Part shown: positions 9,917 to 21,014 of the stretch, piece after piece | How positions within the stretch are numbered: position 1 is the stretch's first letter | Layout of the letters: the number at the start of each line of letters is the position of its first letter | Origin: Pirellulales bacterium | GTDB taxonomy: Bacteria > Planctomycetota > Planctomycetia > Pirellulales > PALSA-1355 | Assembly: GCA_963733035.1 (NCBI GenBank) | Contig: CAVTBU010000005.1 | Span: forward strand, 224,001-288,000 | DNA: 64,000 nt | Direction of reading: 5' to 3' | Made by a program: the position numbers and the translations under genes | The notes under the pieces: model-generated | Told to the model about the DNA's origin: nothing | The model's database searches: none | The model's input: only the letters and a program-made list of their open reading frames with translations

Positions 9917-11605
9917 TCATTCGTCCCACGGGCTGGTTGGCCCGGGCACTTCCGCTGCTGTTTTGGCGAGTTGGGCATCCTCTTCGGCCACGCGAACTGG
10001 CTTGGCGACGCGGCGTTGCGTGAGCTCTCGAGCGATGCTCGGCAGATTGCATCCCCAGATCACCACGGCTGCCACTGGCAATAGCGTTGCCAGCCAGCTT
10101 CCCACCTGCACGGGAATACCACCATCGACGCAGTACTCCCAGAGCGTCCAAACCGGATTCGTAATTTGCATCAGCGTGTAATCGGCGTTGCGCGTCGCCG
10201 GATTGGTGATTTGCAGCACCCAGGGACCGCCGGCGCCAATCATCAGCAGCAACACGGAAACGAGGATACGGACCGTCAGCCGAACCTCGTCGTAGCGCCG
10301 GATCGCCGCCAGGATTAGCTTGCTTAGGCCCAGGTAGATGGCCAGGTAACTCGTGGCCACGATGCACGCCTCGGAAACCTCGCCCAAGGTATTCGATTGT
10401 GCGATCGGGGTTTGTGAACTGCCTGCGGCGGCCGCCTGGGCAAGCTCGGCCACAAACGGCGAGCATATCGCCCCGGTCATCACGGTGAGCATCAACATGC
10501 TGGACAGCAGCAACATATAGCCGGTACCGGGCCCAGGCGTGAACCAGATCAGCAGGGCGCGTCCTAAAACGCTCTGCGGCAGACCACGCCTCACGCGCGG
10601 CGAAAGTTCGGTGGACTCACCGAGCATAATCGTGCCCGCGATGAACCATCCGATCGTGCTCAGCAAGATCAATCCATAGATCATGTCCTCATCTTGCCGC
10701 AACGTCGCCCAGCCGAACCATCCCACGGCCGTGAGCTGCGCCACGACGAGCGACACCCGTAATGCCGTCGAACGATTTTGAGCAACCGACATGAGCATCG
10801 CGCGAGCCGAGAGAAAGACGATGGCAAACGCGTTGCCATAGAACAGCGCGCCCGCCACGTTGATCTCCCAAAACTCAGCGCTCTCGACCAACGTGCCCTC
10901 GGTGGCAATCATCCCGAATATGACAATCACGGTCATGAAGAAGATGTAGACGAGCAGCACGGCGAAGAGCACGCCCTGGATAATATGCCGCTGCCGTGAG
11001 GAAGACAACGTCGCCAGCAGCAGCCCCAGCATCGCCATTCCCAAGGCAACGAAACAGGTATAGACCACCACCAGGAGGACCGTGAAGATATCCAAACCAC
11101 GCAGCAGATAGGTGAAGGCCAGGCACGGAAACAACGCCGACAGATAGACGACCATCTGCATGCCAATGCCGCACAGCTTTCCCACCAGGATTTTGGTGGA
11201 ATCCAGCGCGGTGATCGATACCAACTCGTACGTGCGATCGTGGCGCTCGGAGGCCAGCGAGTTGTAAGCGAAATAGGGAATCACCACCAACAGAGGCGCC
11301 GCCAGGATGATGTAGTAGATGTAAAACATCGACGGACCGGTGGCGTTGTAGTAGGCCGCCGGCCCCAACAGCGCCAATCCCATCATCGACCAGGTCCAAC
11401 CGGCCGCCAGCATCAGAAAGAACGTGGTGGTAAACTGCCGGCTGCGCAGCGCCTGTCGCGCCTCCTTGACTAAGATCGGATTCAGTCGATCGGACTGTCG
11501 CCCCAGCCATTCCTCGAACCGCTGCCAGCGGGTATCTGGCAGCACCTCGACGATTTCGACCAGGCGCGCATCGGGATTTGAAATCGGCTGGTCGATGGAA
11601 GTCAT
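9917..11605 (-). CDS. ABC transporter permease-like membrane protein
   Basis: LNPILVKEARQALRSR, SLASERHDRTYELVSITAL, many TM segments; 4-nt overlap with the ATPase gene. Confidence 0.85.
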   Translation of the reverse strand: MTSIDQPISNPDARLVEIVEVLPDTRWQRFEEWLGRQSDRLNPILVKEARQALRSRQFTTTFFLMLAAGWTWSMMGLALLGPAAYYNATGPSMFYIYYIILAAPLLVVIPYFAYNSLASERHDRTYELVSITALDSTKILVGKLCGIGMQMVVYLSALFPCLAFTYLLRGLDIFTVLLVVVYTCFVALGMAMLGLLLATLSSSRQRHIIQGVLFAVLLVYIFFMTVIVIFGMIATEGTLVESAEFWEINVAGALFYGNAFAIVFLSARAMLMSVAQNRSTALRVSLVVAQLTAVGWFGWATLRQDEDMIYGLILLSTIGWFIAGTIMLGESTELSPRVRRGLPQSVLGRALLIWFTPGPGTGYMLLLSSMLMLTVMTGAICSPFVAELAQAAAAGSSQTPIAQSNTLGEVSEACIVATSYLAIYLGLSKLILAAIRRYDEVRLTVRILVSVLLLMIGAGGPWVLQITNPATRNADYTLMQITNPVWTLWEYCVDGGIPVQVGSWLATLLPVAAVVIWGCNLPSIARELTQRRVAKPVRVAEEDAQLAKTAAEVPGPTSPWDE

Positions 11606-12579
11606 TGCACGAGCCCCTCGGTGACCCGCATGAAAACGTCTTCGAGGCTTTCCACCCGGCTACCGAAGGCCACGACGCGAAAGCCCGACGTGACGACCTG
11701 GCGCAACAAGTCGGCCTCGAAATCCTGGTCGCTCTCGTGGTGAAACTCAACTAGGTCGCCGTCGCGATTGACGTCGTGCAGGTCATCGCGCTGCGCGAGC
11801 CAATTGCAGATGCCCTCGGCGTCGGCCAACACGCGAAGTTGCACGGTGCGGTGGGTCTGCCGGGCCCGATGAATCTCGTCCACGGTGCCGACTGCCAGTA
11901 GCCGTCCCTGCTCGATAATCGCCACGGTGTCGCACATTTCGGCCAATTCGGTAAGGATGTGCGAACTCACCAAAATTGCCTTGCCGTCGGCCGCCAACTG
12001 ACCGATCATCTCGCGCAGTTGAATCCGGGCCCGTGGGTCCAGTCCAGCGGCCGGCTCGTCCATGATCAGCACTGAAGGATCGTGGATGATAGCGCGGCCC
12101 AGGCAAAGTCGCTGCTTCATCCCCTTGGACAGCGAATCAATCGCTTTGGCACGCAGACCATCGAGCTTCGTGAAGCTCATCACGTATTGCACAGCCCGCA
12201 GGCGTTCTGCTCCCATCAACCCGTAGGCGCGTGCGAAGAAGTCGAGGTACTCCTCCACGAGAATCGCGGGCTGCGTATCGAAGTAGTCGGGCATGAAGCC
12301 AATTCGCCGCCGCACACGTTCGGGGTCCTGGGTGACTGAAAAACCGTCGATAAAGGCGTCGCCTTCAGACGGCATGTCGAGTGTGGCCAGAATGCGCATG
12401 CTGGTGGTCTTGCCGGCGCCGTTGGGGCCGATGTAGCCAAACACGTGACCCCGCGGGACCTGAAAGCTAACGTCGTCGACCGCCTTCACCGTGCCGAACC
12501 GGCGGTGCAAGTGGAGCAGTTCAATTTGTGGATGCGACGTAACCATGGGAGGCGGATTACCAGGTGCCGTGAATGACAT
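11602..12579 (-). CDS. ABC transporter ATP-binding protein (exporter type)
   Basis: GPNGAGKT, LSKGMKQR, LIMDEP, SSH, SLEDVF. Confidence 0.95.
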   Translation of the reverse strand: MSFTAPGNPPPMVTSHPQIELLHLHRRFGTVKAVDDVSFQVPRGHVFGYIGPNGAGKTTSMRILATLDMPSEGDAFIDGFSVTQDPERVRRRIGFMPDYFDTQPAILVEEYLDFFARAYGLMGAERLRAVQYVMSFTKLDGLRAKAIDSLSKGMKQRLCLGRAIIHDPSVLIMDEPAAGLDPRARIQLREMIGQLAADGKAILVSSHILTELAEMCDTVAIIEQGRLLAVGTVDEIHRARQTHRTVQLRVLADAEGICNWLAQRDDLHDVNRDGDLVEFHHESDQDFEADLLRQVVTSGFRVVAFGSRVESLEDVFMRVTEGLVQ

Positions 12580-14695
12580 GCAAGCTTTGAGTTTCAGTCA
12601 AGCCGTCCATGCCTGTCGCGATTTCCTCCGGTCGATCGACGATGGCCACGTAGCTGCGAGGTGCCAAGGAGCCGCTACCGATATCGGTCTTCAAGCGCAC
12701 CAGCCCCACTTCCAACGCGCTCTCGCTGGTGATAATGCTGATGTTGCCATAGAAGTAATTGCGGGGCCCGAATGAAAGCCAATTCTCGCGGGCGCCGTAG
12801 GCGTTCATTGCATCGGGAAAGGCCGGCTCATTCACCCCCACGGCTTGCGAGAACTGACGGCGGACCGACTCGGCTTCCGCGCCCGATTCCAGCGGCACTA
12901 ATTTCGCCTGCCCGTCGCGGTCGATGTTGCTGGCCCGATGCCAAAGTCCGGCGTCGTCGACCACCAGCAAGTCGCGAATGCGGGCCCCCAATCGATTCTT
13001 GACGGAATGCCGCTTGCCACCGCCAGGGGAGTTGATGTCCAGCCCGCGTTTGCTCGTATGTGCCCGCGCAGTGACGTACTGCGTGGGATTGCGCGAACCG
13101 AGCCAGCCGCGGGTAAGGTATTCCTGGCGCCCCCACAGCATCATTCGACCGCGCTCACGTGTTGAACTGGGTGCCAGTTCCAGCGGCGTCACCAGCGTGC
13201 CGAGGGGAAATGTCAATCCCGACGAGGGTGCCAGTCCCACGTAGTACGAAAGCCGAGCGATACTCGCGCTTTCGCCGCTACGTTGATCGAGGTGGGTCAA
13301 GCTGCGTGCCCGGATGCGGGATACGAGGCCGTCGGACATTAGGGCATACGACAGCAAGCCGCCACTGGTAATCAGCGCCGCCAACGGCACGGAGAAGAGA
13401 AACAAATGTAGCCGGCCGCTACGTCTGAGGAACCAGTAGTTCAACGGCCCGATCACCACCACGAACAGCGTGATCAGCACGCGATAGGTGCGAATCGGAG
13501 GGAGCCCGACGTCACTAATCAGAAAGTCGTTGAAGTGGGGATTTTCGCCGTCGGGCACGGTGCCGTTACGCGTTGTCCAGCGCGAAGAGGTCGTTCCCAG
13601 CGATTCGAACAGCCACCGCCAGTTTGCCTCCTGGCCGGGAAACGGCTGCGAGTCGGCCAGGGCAACCACCTGACCAAACCCAACCGCCTTCCATAGGAAC
13701 GGCGGCTTGGACGGCACTGTGGGCAAGGCACCTGGCGCCGTTTGTCCACTCGCGCCCGTGTTCGATTGACTGGCCACAAAAGCGGCGGCGGCACCGATCG
13801 CCGGTATCACCTTGTCTTCGAATACCTGGGCCTCTGCTGCATCCCAACCGCGATGCGGCCGCCCCTCCTCCGTCTTCGAGGCGGGCACTTTGAGCAACTG
13901 TTCGATTTCTGGTAACCCGCGCCAGTCGCGATGGGCGCCGTAGACGCATAAACTCCCGCCGCAGCGCGTCCACTCGTCAATGGCTCGCCATACTTTGGGC
14001 TGCTTAGACGCCAAATCGCGAGCATCGTCCAGCGACAACATGATGAAATCAAGGGCGCTGTAACACAGCCATTCATCATGGAGCTGATTCGGGTCACGGT
14101 GCGCGAACGAAAAGACGTCCTTGAGCTGGCCGAAGTTGATCGTGTTTCCGTAAGTCAGGAATGGCGGTGCTCCCAAGAATGCGAACTCGGAAACGTCCGG
14201 CACGCTGGTCCCCACGAAAAGGATCCGCGGCACGCTGGCATCGCCACCCCAATACTGGCCGCTTCCCAGCCCCATATTCGAAATTGACAACTCTTCAATT
14301 TCCCGCCCATGGGACAGGGTCCTGACGCTGAAAGTCTGCGCGGAGGCCGTTTGCGGCACAAGCACGACCTTTTCCACGCTCTTGCTGCCGGCGGGCAACA
14401 CAATATCGGTGGCGACAGTAGCGACACTATTGTTGCCCCAACCTCCTAAGGACAGCTCGATCCGGAGCGGGATGTCGTTGCGCGCGGGACTTAAAAAATT
14501 CACCTCAACACGCATCGGCCGAAGCCCGTAGCCTTGGACCCAGTCGGTGTCGACGGTGATGCTCAAGCCACGGAAGTGCTGACCTGTGACGGGCAAGTTC
14601 ACCGCGGTGGCCGTGCCGGCCTGGGCGCGAGGGCAAGCAATCAACATCGCCGTCAGTGCGGCTAAGATCGCCCAAGCTGTCGCCAGGCATCGCAT
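12557..14695 (-). CDS. Exported/membrane accessory protein of the ABC module (hypothetical)
   Basis: Signal peptide MRCLATAWAIL...AQA, GFGQVVAL, VVIGPLNYWFLRR plus two TM segments; overlaps the ATPase start. Confidence 0.75.
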   Translation of the reverse strand: MRCLATAWAILAALTAMLIACPRAQAGTATAVNLPVTGQHFRGLSITVDTDWVQGYGLRPMRVEVNFLSPARNDIPLRIELSLGGWGNNSVATVATDIVLPAGSKSVEKVVLVPQTASAQTFSVRTLSHGREIEELSISNMGLGSGQYWGGDASVPRILFVGTSVPDVSEFAFLGAPPFLTYGNTINFGQLKDVFSFAHRDPNQLHDEWLCYSALDFIMLSLDDARDLASKQPKVWRAIDEWTRCGGSLCVYGAHRDWRGLPEIEQLLKVPASKTEEGRPHRGWDAAEAQVFEDKVIPAIGAAAAFVASQSNTGASGQTAPGALPTVPSKPPFLWKAVGFGQVVALADSQPFPGQEANWRWLFESLGTTSSRWTTRNGTVPDGENPHFNDFLISDVGLPPIRTYRVLITLFVVVIGPLNYWFLRRSGRLHLFLFSVPLAALITSGGLLSYALMSDGLVSRIRARSLTHLDQRSGESASIARLSYYVGLAPSSGLTFPLGTLVTPLELAPSSTRERGRMMLWGRQEYLTRGWLGSRNPTQYVTARAHTSKRGLDINSPGGGKRHSVKNRLGARIRDLLVVDDAGLWHRASNIDRDGQAKLVPLESGAEAESVRRQFSQAVGVNEPAFPDAMNAYGARENWLSFGPRNYFYGNISIITSESALEVGLVRLKTDIGSGSLAPRSYVAIVDRPEEIATGMDGLTETQSLHVIHGTW

Positions 14696-14819
14696 CGGGT
14701 CTGTTCCTCGTCCCGAGATTGAATCGTTGGGCGCCAATTACGGCAGCGCTCAGTCTGGACGTGAATTGATTGTTATCGGGCCACTACTGCTCTGTTGGTC
14801 CCACCGAAACACGGGTTTG

Positions 14820-15056
14820 CTAGTTCTGCCTCGATTGCACGGCACTTGATCGGTTCTTCTCAAAAACGCCGACCCCTCGCACGACGGCGAACAGAACAAT
14901 CTGAATCGCCGCCAACACAATTGCGCCTGCCAGGGCCAAGACCAACCCCACTGCCCATATATAACCGCGCGATGCTACGACGGGTACCAAGCACAACACG
15001 GCACATACCGTGACGATCAGCAGCAGGCGGCGTAGTGAGAATTGGGGGGTGAGCAT
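14820..15056 (-). CDS. Small two-TM protein with planctomycete-type FSLRRLL N-terminus
   Basis: MLTPQFSLRRLLLIVTVCAVLC followed by a second hydrophobic helix. Confidence 0.65.
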   Translation of the reverse strand: MLTPQFSLRRLLLIVTVCAVLCLVPVVASRGYIWAVGLVLALAGAIVLAAIQIVLFAVVRGVGVFEKNRSSAVQSRQN

Positions 15057-15287
15057 CAACCTTGATTGTGCCCCTCCTGCGCAGCAATACAAGCGTTTTG
15101 GAGCAGGAACGTGCAAAAATCCGATCGCTATCGGCGGACCGACCCGGCTTGCCTGCGGATTTGCGGCAGTCCCGACCGGCCGGTAGGATAACGCTCGTAC
15201 CTTGAACGCGCAGTTTCAATCCATTTTATTTATACGCTCGTCCCGGTACCGCGAACTGCCCACCATCTTTTACTTTCGGATGCCATC

Positions 15288-16049
15288 ATGACGGATCACA
15301 CTTCGACGCGCCGCGAGTTCAACACCCAGGCTCTGGCTTCGCTCGTGACGTTTTCGCTCCTCGAAACGCTGTTTCGTCACGACCTGTTCGCTGATGCGGT
15401 GCGTCCCAATGCCGTCCGCTGGTTGGCCGACATAAACCAGCTAGGGCTCGACCTCAAGGGCCAGGCGATCGAACAACTTGCCTGGCAGAAAAAAGTCGAG
15501 CAGCTGTTGCCGCAGGTGGACCTGACCTCGCTGCTGGAATTAATCGATTTCGATCGGGTTACCTCGCGCGTCAAGCTGGCCGAGCGAGGCGAACGCAGCT
15601 ACCGCTTCAGTTTTCCCAAAGTTGAAGGTGTGCCAACCGAGCTTAGTTTCGGCAAGCAGATCTTCGGGCTCAAGAAAGGCCGCTCGGTTGTGCCTCACGG
15701 ACATAACAATATGGCCACGGCGTTCTTGATTCTGAAAGGAGAGTTGCGCGGACGGCACTACGATCGCGTGCAGGATGAAGCCGAGCATATGATCATCCAG
15801 CCCACGGTCGATCGCGCGTTCAAAGCTGGCGAATGTTCGACGGTGTCGGACTACAAAGACAACGTGCATTGGTTCCAGGCACAAACGGAACCGGCCTTTA
15901 TCTTCAATCTGCATGTGCTGGACGTGAAGCCGGGCAGCACGCTGCCTACCGGACGTGTCTACATCGACCCGGCTGGTGAGTCGCTGGCGGGCGGACTGAT
16001 TCGATCTCGCCGCATCGGCTACAAGGAGGCCAATCAGCTTTACGGCTGA
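15288..16049 (+). CDS. Tat-exported cupin, thiol dioxygenase (PCO/ADO/CDO)-like
   Basis: TRREF twin-arginine motif; IFGLKKGRSVVPHGHNNM...LKGEL...YD and DNVHWFQA give an HxH...H metal site. Confidence 0.7.
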   Translation: MTDHTSTRREFNTQALASLVTFSLLETLFRHDLFADAVRPNAVRWLADINQLGLDLKGQAIEQLAWQKKVEQLLPQVDLTSLLELIDFDRVTSRVKLAERGERSYRFSFPKVEGVPTELSFGKQIFGLKKGRSVVPHGHNNMATAFLILKGELRGRHYDRVQDEAEHMIIQPTVDRAFKAGECSTVSDYKDNVHWFQAQTEPAFIFNLHVLDVKPGSTLPTGRVYIDPAGESLAGGLIRSRRIGYKEANQLYG

Positions 16050-16234
16050 GCCTAAATGCCGGAAATCGGCCCGATTCGCGGTAAAGTCGTCACCTGCTTT
16101 CGTCGCACCTGCGTCTTTGCGCACCGAGATCCCCTCGATTGAAACGAGGTACGAACGGCTTCGCTCCCTCGGCGCGTGCGATATATTGAACCCAGTCGGA
16201 TCCCAGCTGCCGGACACGGTGACGGAGTGCCACC

Positions 16235-19101
16235 ATGCGAACCTGCTACTTGTTGCTTGCGCCGCTTGCTGCCGGTGTTTTCGTCGCGTTGACGACACCC
16301 GACGTCGCCCGGGCTCAGTTTCGGATCGAGGCCGAAGCATACTCAGGCAAGCCATTCGGAGTGGGACGCGTTACGCTGCGCTCCGGCGGCGAGTTCCGCA
16401 TCAAAGACATCCCACGACCCGGGGGCGGGCGATTGGCGGACTTGGCGCGCCGCATTGTCGAACAAGGCGGCAAGGGAGATACCAAGCAATTGCAAAGCGA
16501 GGAACTGACGCTCGAGGAAAAATCGGAACGCACGTTCTACCCTGTATTTGCCAAGCGCGATCGACCGGTGCTACGACAATTCATCAACATCCCCACTGAG
16601 AACACGGTCTATTTTCTCTTTCGAGGCGACGCTCCTCTCGAACTAATCGCCTATGCACCGCAAGCCGTACCCGGACAAGTCGTCCCAGTTGACAATCGGG
16701 CCGGATACGACCGACTGCTTCGAGATTGGTGGAACGACTACTCCGCGGCAGCCGCGGGCCGCGACGCTCCGCGCGATTACCCGCAGATGGTCGAGGAATA
16801 CCTCACCGACACCCTCGCCAGACGCTTGCAATTGCGGCTGCCACGTCGCACGCCGAAGCGTCAGCTGAACCTGCTGCGGGGCGAATTGAACCTGTTGGCC
16901 GGATCGGAATCGACGCGTTTGGAAACCGCCGAACAGATTCTGTTGGGCTCGCCGCCCCAGTCAGCGACCGTTCCGCTCCCCGAAGAACTTCCCGCACCGA
17001 CGCCCGAGCTCCTCAATCCGCCATTAGATGTCCCTGTCGAACCGATTGCGATGCGCGTGCCCGTCGAATGCTTGTATGTGCGGTTTGGCAGCTTCCCCAA
17101 CTTTCTTTGGCTGCGTCATCGCATGGAGGATTGGGGGGGCGAACTGCGCGATGTCATCACCGAGCGAGGACTTGATTACGGTCTTAACGAGCGGATGCAG
17201 CAACAGCTGGGCCTGCGTGAGGGAGCGCTCGCCGAGGTGTTTGGCGATAAGGTGATCGCCGACGTGGCGCTCATCGGTACGGACACGTTCATGCACGAAG
17301 GAGCCGCCATTGGCACCCTCTTCCACGCCAAGAGCAACCCTGCCCTTTCCGCCGATTTGAATCAACAGCGGTTGACGGCGATGCGTGAGGCCAAGAACGG
17401 TCAACAGGAGAAGCTCACCATCGCCGGCCGCACGGTTTCGCACATCTTCACTCCCGACGGCACCATCCGGTCGTACTATGTGGTCGATGGCGACTACCAT
17501 TTCGTGACGACCAGCCGCCGGCTCGTCGAATGGTTTCTAGCCACCGGCGATGGCAAGCACCCGTCGCTCGGCGACTCGCACAAGTTTCGATACACGCGCA
17601 GCCGAATGCCGCTCGACCGCGACGACACGGTGTTCGTCTATCTCTCGCCGGAGTTCTTTGAGAACCTGCTCGGCGCGCACTACCACATCGAGATGCAACG
17701 GCGGCTTCGTTCGGACGTCGAGATGGAACTGATGCCAATCGCGCAACTCGCTGCTCGCGGCGAAGGCCAACCAGCCACGACAATCGCGGAACTCATCGCC
17801 GCGGATCTATTGCCGGAAGGTTTCGGCGAGCGTGCCGACGACAGCAAGTTGATCGTCGAGGACGGTCGCCTGATCGACACATTGCGCGGCGCCGCGGCGC
17901 GTTTCTGCCGATTCCCGACGTGCCGATCAGCCAAGTTACTCCCGCGGAGGCAGCCGAGTACCGCGAGTTTCAGGAGTACTACGTCAACCAATGGGGCCGT
18001 CTGGATCCGGTCGTGGTCGGCATTCGTCGCGAAGAGTTGCCCGAGGGAAAACTGGAGCGCGTGGTGCTCGACGTGCAAGCCGCGCCGCTTGCCCCACAGC
18101 ACATCACAATGCTTTCCAATTGGCTCGGCGATGCGACAACCCAACGGCTCGCGCCCGTCGAGGGAGACGTGGCCTCGTTCGAGGCGGTAGTCCGCGGCGG
18201 TACGTTCTTCTCAGGCGGTGAACATCACTTGTTTGGCGCGCTTCGCAACGCCGATCCGGCGATCGCCCTCGACCCGAATGCCAGTTTGATTTCGCGGATC
18301 ATGCAATCACGATTACAGGGATTGCAGGGTTACCTTGGCGCTTGGCCCGAACCGGGATACTTGCGGATGCTGGGGGGCGCCTCGGACTTACCCCCCGATC
18401 CGGCCGGGTATACGCGGCTCCGCACGGGCCTCTGGCGACGTCAGTTCGACGGCTTTACCCTATTGTCTTTCCACCCGGCGATTCTCCAACAGGCCTCGTC
18501 GCGGTTGCGCTTTGTCGAGGCCGAGCGTCCGGCGCAGGTTTGGATTCATGCCGACGATCTGGCCAATTCGACACTCGCGCCGCTGATCAACGCCTACGGC
18601 TATCGGCAGTCGCGTCAAATCGCCGCGGGTAACACACGGTTCATGAACATGCTCGTCGAACAGTTGCACGTGCCTGCGGCCGACGCACTCAAGGTGGGTG
18701 AGAGGATTCTCAACGCCAAGTTCGTGGCGCCGCTCGGCGGAAGCTACGAATTGCGCAAATGGGAGGGCGGCCTGCAAAACTGGGTTGCGACGGCGCTGCT
18801 CGATCGCCCGGAAAACGCGCCTCCCCCAGAAGACTATCAATTCCGCGCGCTCAATTGGCTTCGCGGCGTGGAGGTCGAACTCTCGATGCAGAAGGCCCCC
18901 GATCCGGCGCTGTCCTTGCACGGCGAGTTTATTATGCCGGTCGAGGCGCGAGCGCCGGCCTTTCAACTGCCCAAACTGCCGTTCGGCCTCTCGAAGCCGG
19001 CTGCGCAGCCACCCAAGAGCCAAACACCGAAGGGGCAGCCTCGCAAGCCGGAACCTCCAAAACCGCAGCGGCCGAAATCCGCGGGCCCACGCGAACTCTA
19101 A
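16235..19101 (+). CDS. Large exported hypothetical protein, frameshifted near 17890
   Basis: Signal peptide ending VARA|Q. ORFs 16235-18190 and 17920-19101 join as TLRG(A/G)RGAFLPIPDVPISQ if one base is added at 17888-17893. Confidence 0.75.
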
Positions 19102-19119
19102 GTCAGAGGAAATCCATCC

Positions 19120-20517
19120 ATGCAGACTGTCGGAAAACTATGTTTCTCGTTCGCTGTCGCTGCCATGCTGCCGCTGTGCATGGCCAGCGCCGGCGCGGAC
19201 GAGGCAGCCAAACCGAATGTACTTTTGATCGTCACCGACGACATGAACAACGACCTGGGCTGCTATGGCCACAAGATGGTGCAATCGCCGCAGATCGACA
19301 AATTAGCAGCCCGCGGTGTCCGATTTGATCGCGCGTATTGTCAGTATCCGGTTTGCAACCCCTCACGAGTTTCGATGCTCAGCGGGTTGCGTCCCGACAC
19401 CACGCAGGTGATGGATCTCAAAACTCCGCCGCGATCGCATCTGAGCGACGTCGTGTTCCTACCGCAGTATTTTCGCGAGCAAGGCTATCACACGGCTCAC
19501 GTCGGCAAGATTTTTCACACAGGCGACGATTTCGAGGATCCCGCGAGTTGGGACGTCGAGGTTCGCGAAACGGGCAAGCATCCGCCCGAGGCGGCCGTCA
19601 TCCGCTCACAGAATCTGAATCGACCGATCAAATACGGCATCGAATGGGACATACTCAGTTCGCCCGATGAAGAAACGGCTGATGGCGTTGTGGCCCGCCG
19701 TGCCGCCGGTATGCTCGAGCGTCTAGCGGCCGACAAGAAGCCGTTCTTTCTGGCCGTTGGCTTTCGCCGCCCACACCAGCCGTATGCGGCTCCACAGAAA
19801 TACTTCGACCTTTACCCAACGGAAAGCATCGCTCCGCTTGATGAGCCAGCTGAGCATTTGCGGCGTGTGCCCAGCCTGGCGTTTACCTATCCGCCCGAAA
19901 CGCCGAACCTGTCCGAGCAGGAGCGTCAAGAGATCGTCGCCGCATACTACGCGTGCATTACGTTCGTCGATGCCCAGGTAGGCCTGCTAAACAAGGCGCT
20001 CGACGACTACGATCTGTGGCGGAACACGATCGTCGTGTTCGTCAGCGATCACGGTTACCACCTGGGTGAACACGGCGGCATGTGGCACAAAATGTCGCTG
20101 TTCGAGCAGTCCGCGCGCGTGCCTCTGATCGTGTTCGCGCCAGGCGCGAAAGGAAATGGGAAGTCGTGCCCGCGACCGGTAGAACTGATCGACCTCTACC
20201 CGACGCTGATCGACCTGTGCGGACTACCCAAGCTCAAGCCGCTCGAGGGCTATAGCCTGCGGCCACTGTTGGACGACCCCGAAGCCAAATGGAAGCCCGC
20301 CGCGTTTACGCAGGTGTTGCGGGGCGACCTCACCGGCCGTAGCGTGCGCACCGAGCGTTGGCGTTACACGGAGTGGGATGCCGGCCGACAGGGTACGGAA
20401 CTTTACGATCACGATACGGACCCCGAGGAACATCAAAATCTGGCCGGCGACCCCGACTGGGCCGAGGTGCAAAAAGAAATGCGCGGCCTGCTCAACAACG
20501 GCAAAGCATCACCGTGA
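19120..20517 (+). CDS. Sulfatase (iduronate-2-sulfatase-like)
   Basis: Signal peptide, PNVLLIVTDD, CNPSRVSMLSG (CxPSR), GKIFH, RPHQP, SDHGYHLGEH, ELYD. Confidence 0.95.
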   Translation: MQTVGKLCFSFAVAAMLPLCMASAGADEAAKPNVLLIVTDDMNNDLGCYGHKMVQSPQIDKLAARGVRFDRAYCQYPVCNPSRVSMLSGLRPDTTQVMDLKTPPRSHLSDVVFLPQYFREQGYHTAHVGKIFHTGDDFEDPASWDVEVRETGKHPPEAAVIRSQNLNRPIKYGIEWDILSSPDEETADGVVARRAAGMLERLAADKKPFFLAVGFRRPHQPYAAPQKYFDLYPTESIAPLDEPAEHLRRVPSLAFTYPPETPNLSEQERQEIVAAYYACITFVDAQVGLLNKALDDYDLWRNTIVVFVSDHGYHLGEHGGMWHKMSLFEQSARVPLIVFAPGAKGNGKSCPRPVELIDLYPTLIDLCGLPKLKPLEGYSLRPLLDDPEAKWKPAAFTQVLRGDLTGRSVRTERWRYTEWDAGRQGTELYDHDTDPEEHQNLAGDPDWAEVQKEMRGLLNNGKASP

Positions 20518-20566
20518 AGTCGCACTCGCGTCGCGACTCGAGAGCGTGTCAGTCGCGACGAACCGC

Positions 20567-20794
20567 TCAACTCGGTTCATAGGTCGGTAGCGGGATCGGC
20601 AGCGACGCGATCGGCGTGGGCAGTATTTCGCGGCTGCGCAGCAGATCATCCCAGTAGCTATATTGCGGGTCGCCGGCGCGGAACGCGAACACGGCGTCGG
20701 GCAACACCCGGCCATCGTTCTGACGCGAGTGAACACGAACCACAACCGCGCCGTCAGCGCGGCGTTCGAGATGGCACGAGGGAATGTCTGACAC
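20567..20794 (-). CDS. Small hypothetical protein; start uncertain
   Basis: C-terminal part of ORF 20567-21133 (VVVRVHSR...LPDAVFAFRAGDPQYSYW) looks protein-like; GTG at 20794 follows GGA. Confidence 0.5.
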   Translation of the reverse strand: MSDIPSCHLERRADGAVVVRVHSRQNDGRVLPDAVFAFRAGDPQYSYWDDLLRSREILPTPIASLPIPLPTYEPS

Positions 20795-21014
20795 TTGGAT
20801 CTGTCCGGAGGTTGGCTGGGGCAACGAAAACGAACCGCATAGATAGCCCGGCTCGCCGCGGCCCACGGCAAGGCACGTTATTGTGCCGAAATCGTCCGGC
20901 CATTTCCAGGCGAATTTTCGCGCATGTGAGGTTTTTTCACGACAATTTGGGGGATTTGCAGGAAGCCGAATGGCCTCATTCCTTCCACGCGGCCTGCATG
21001 GGGCGCCTGACCGG

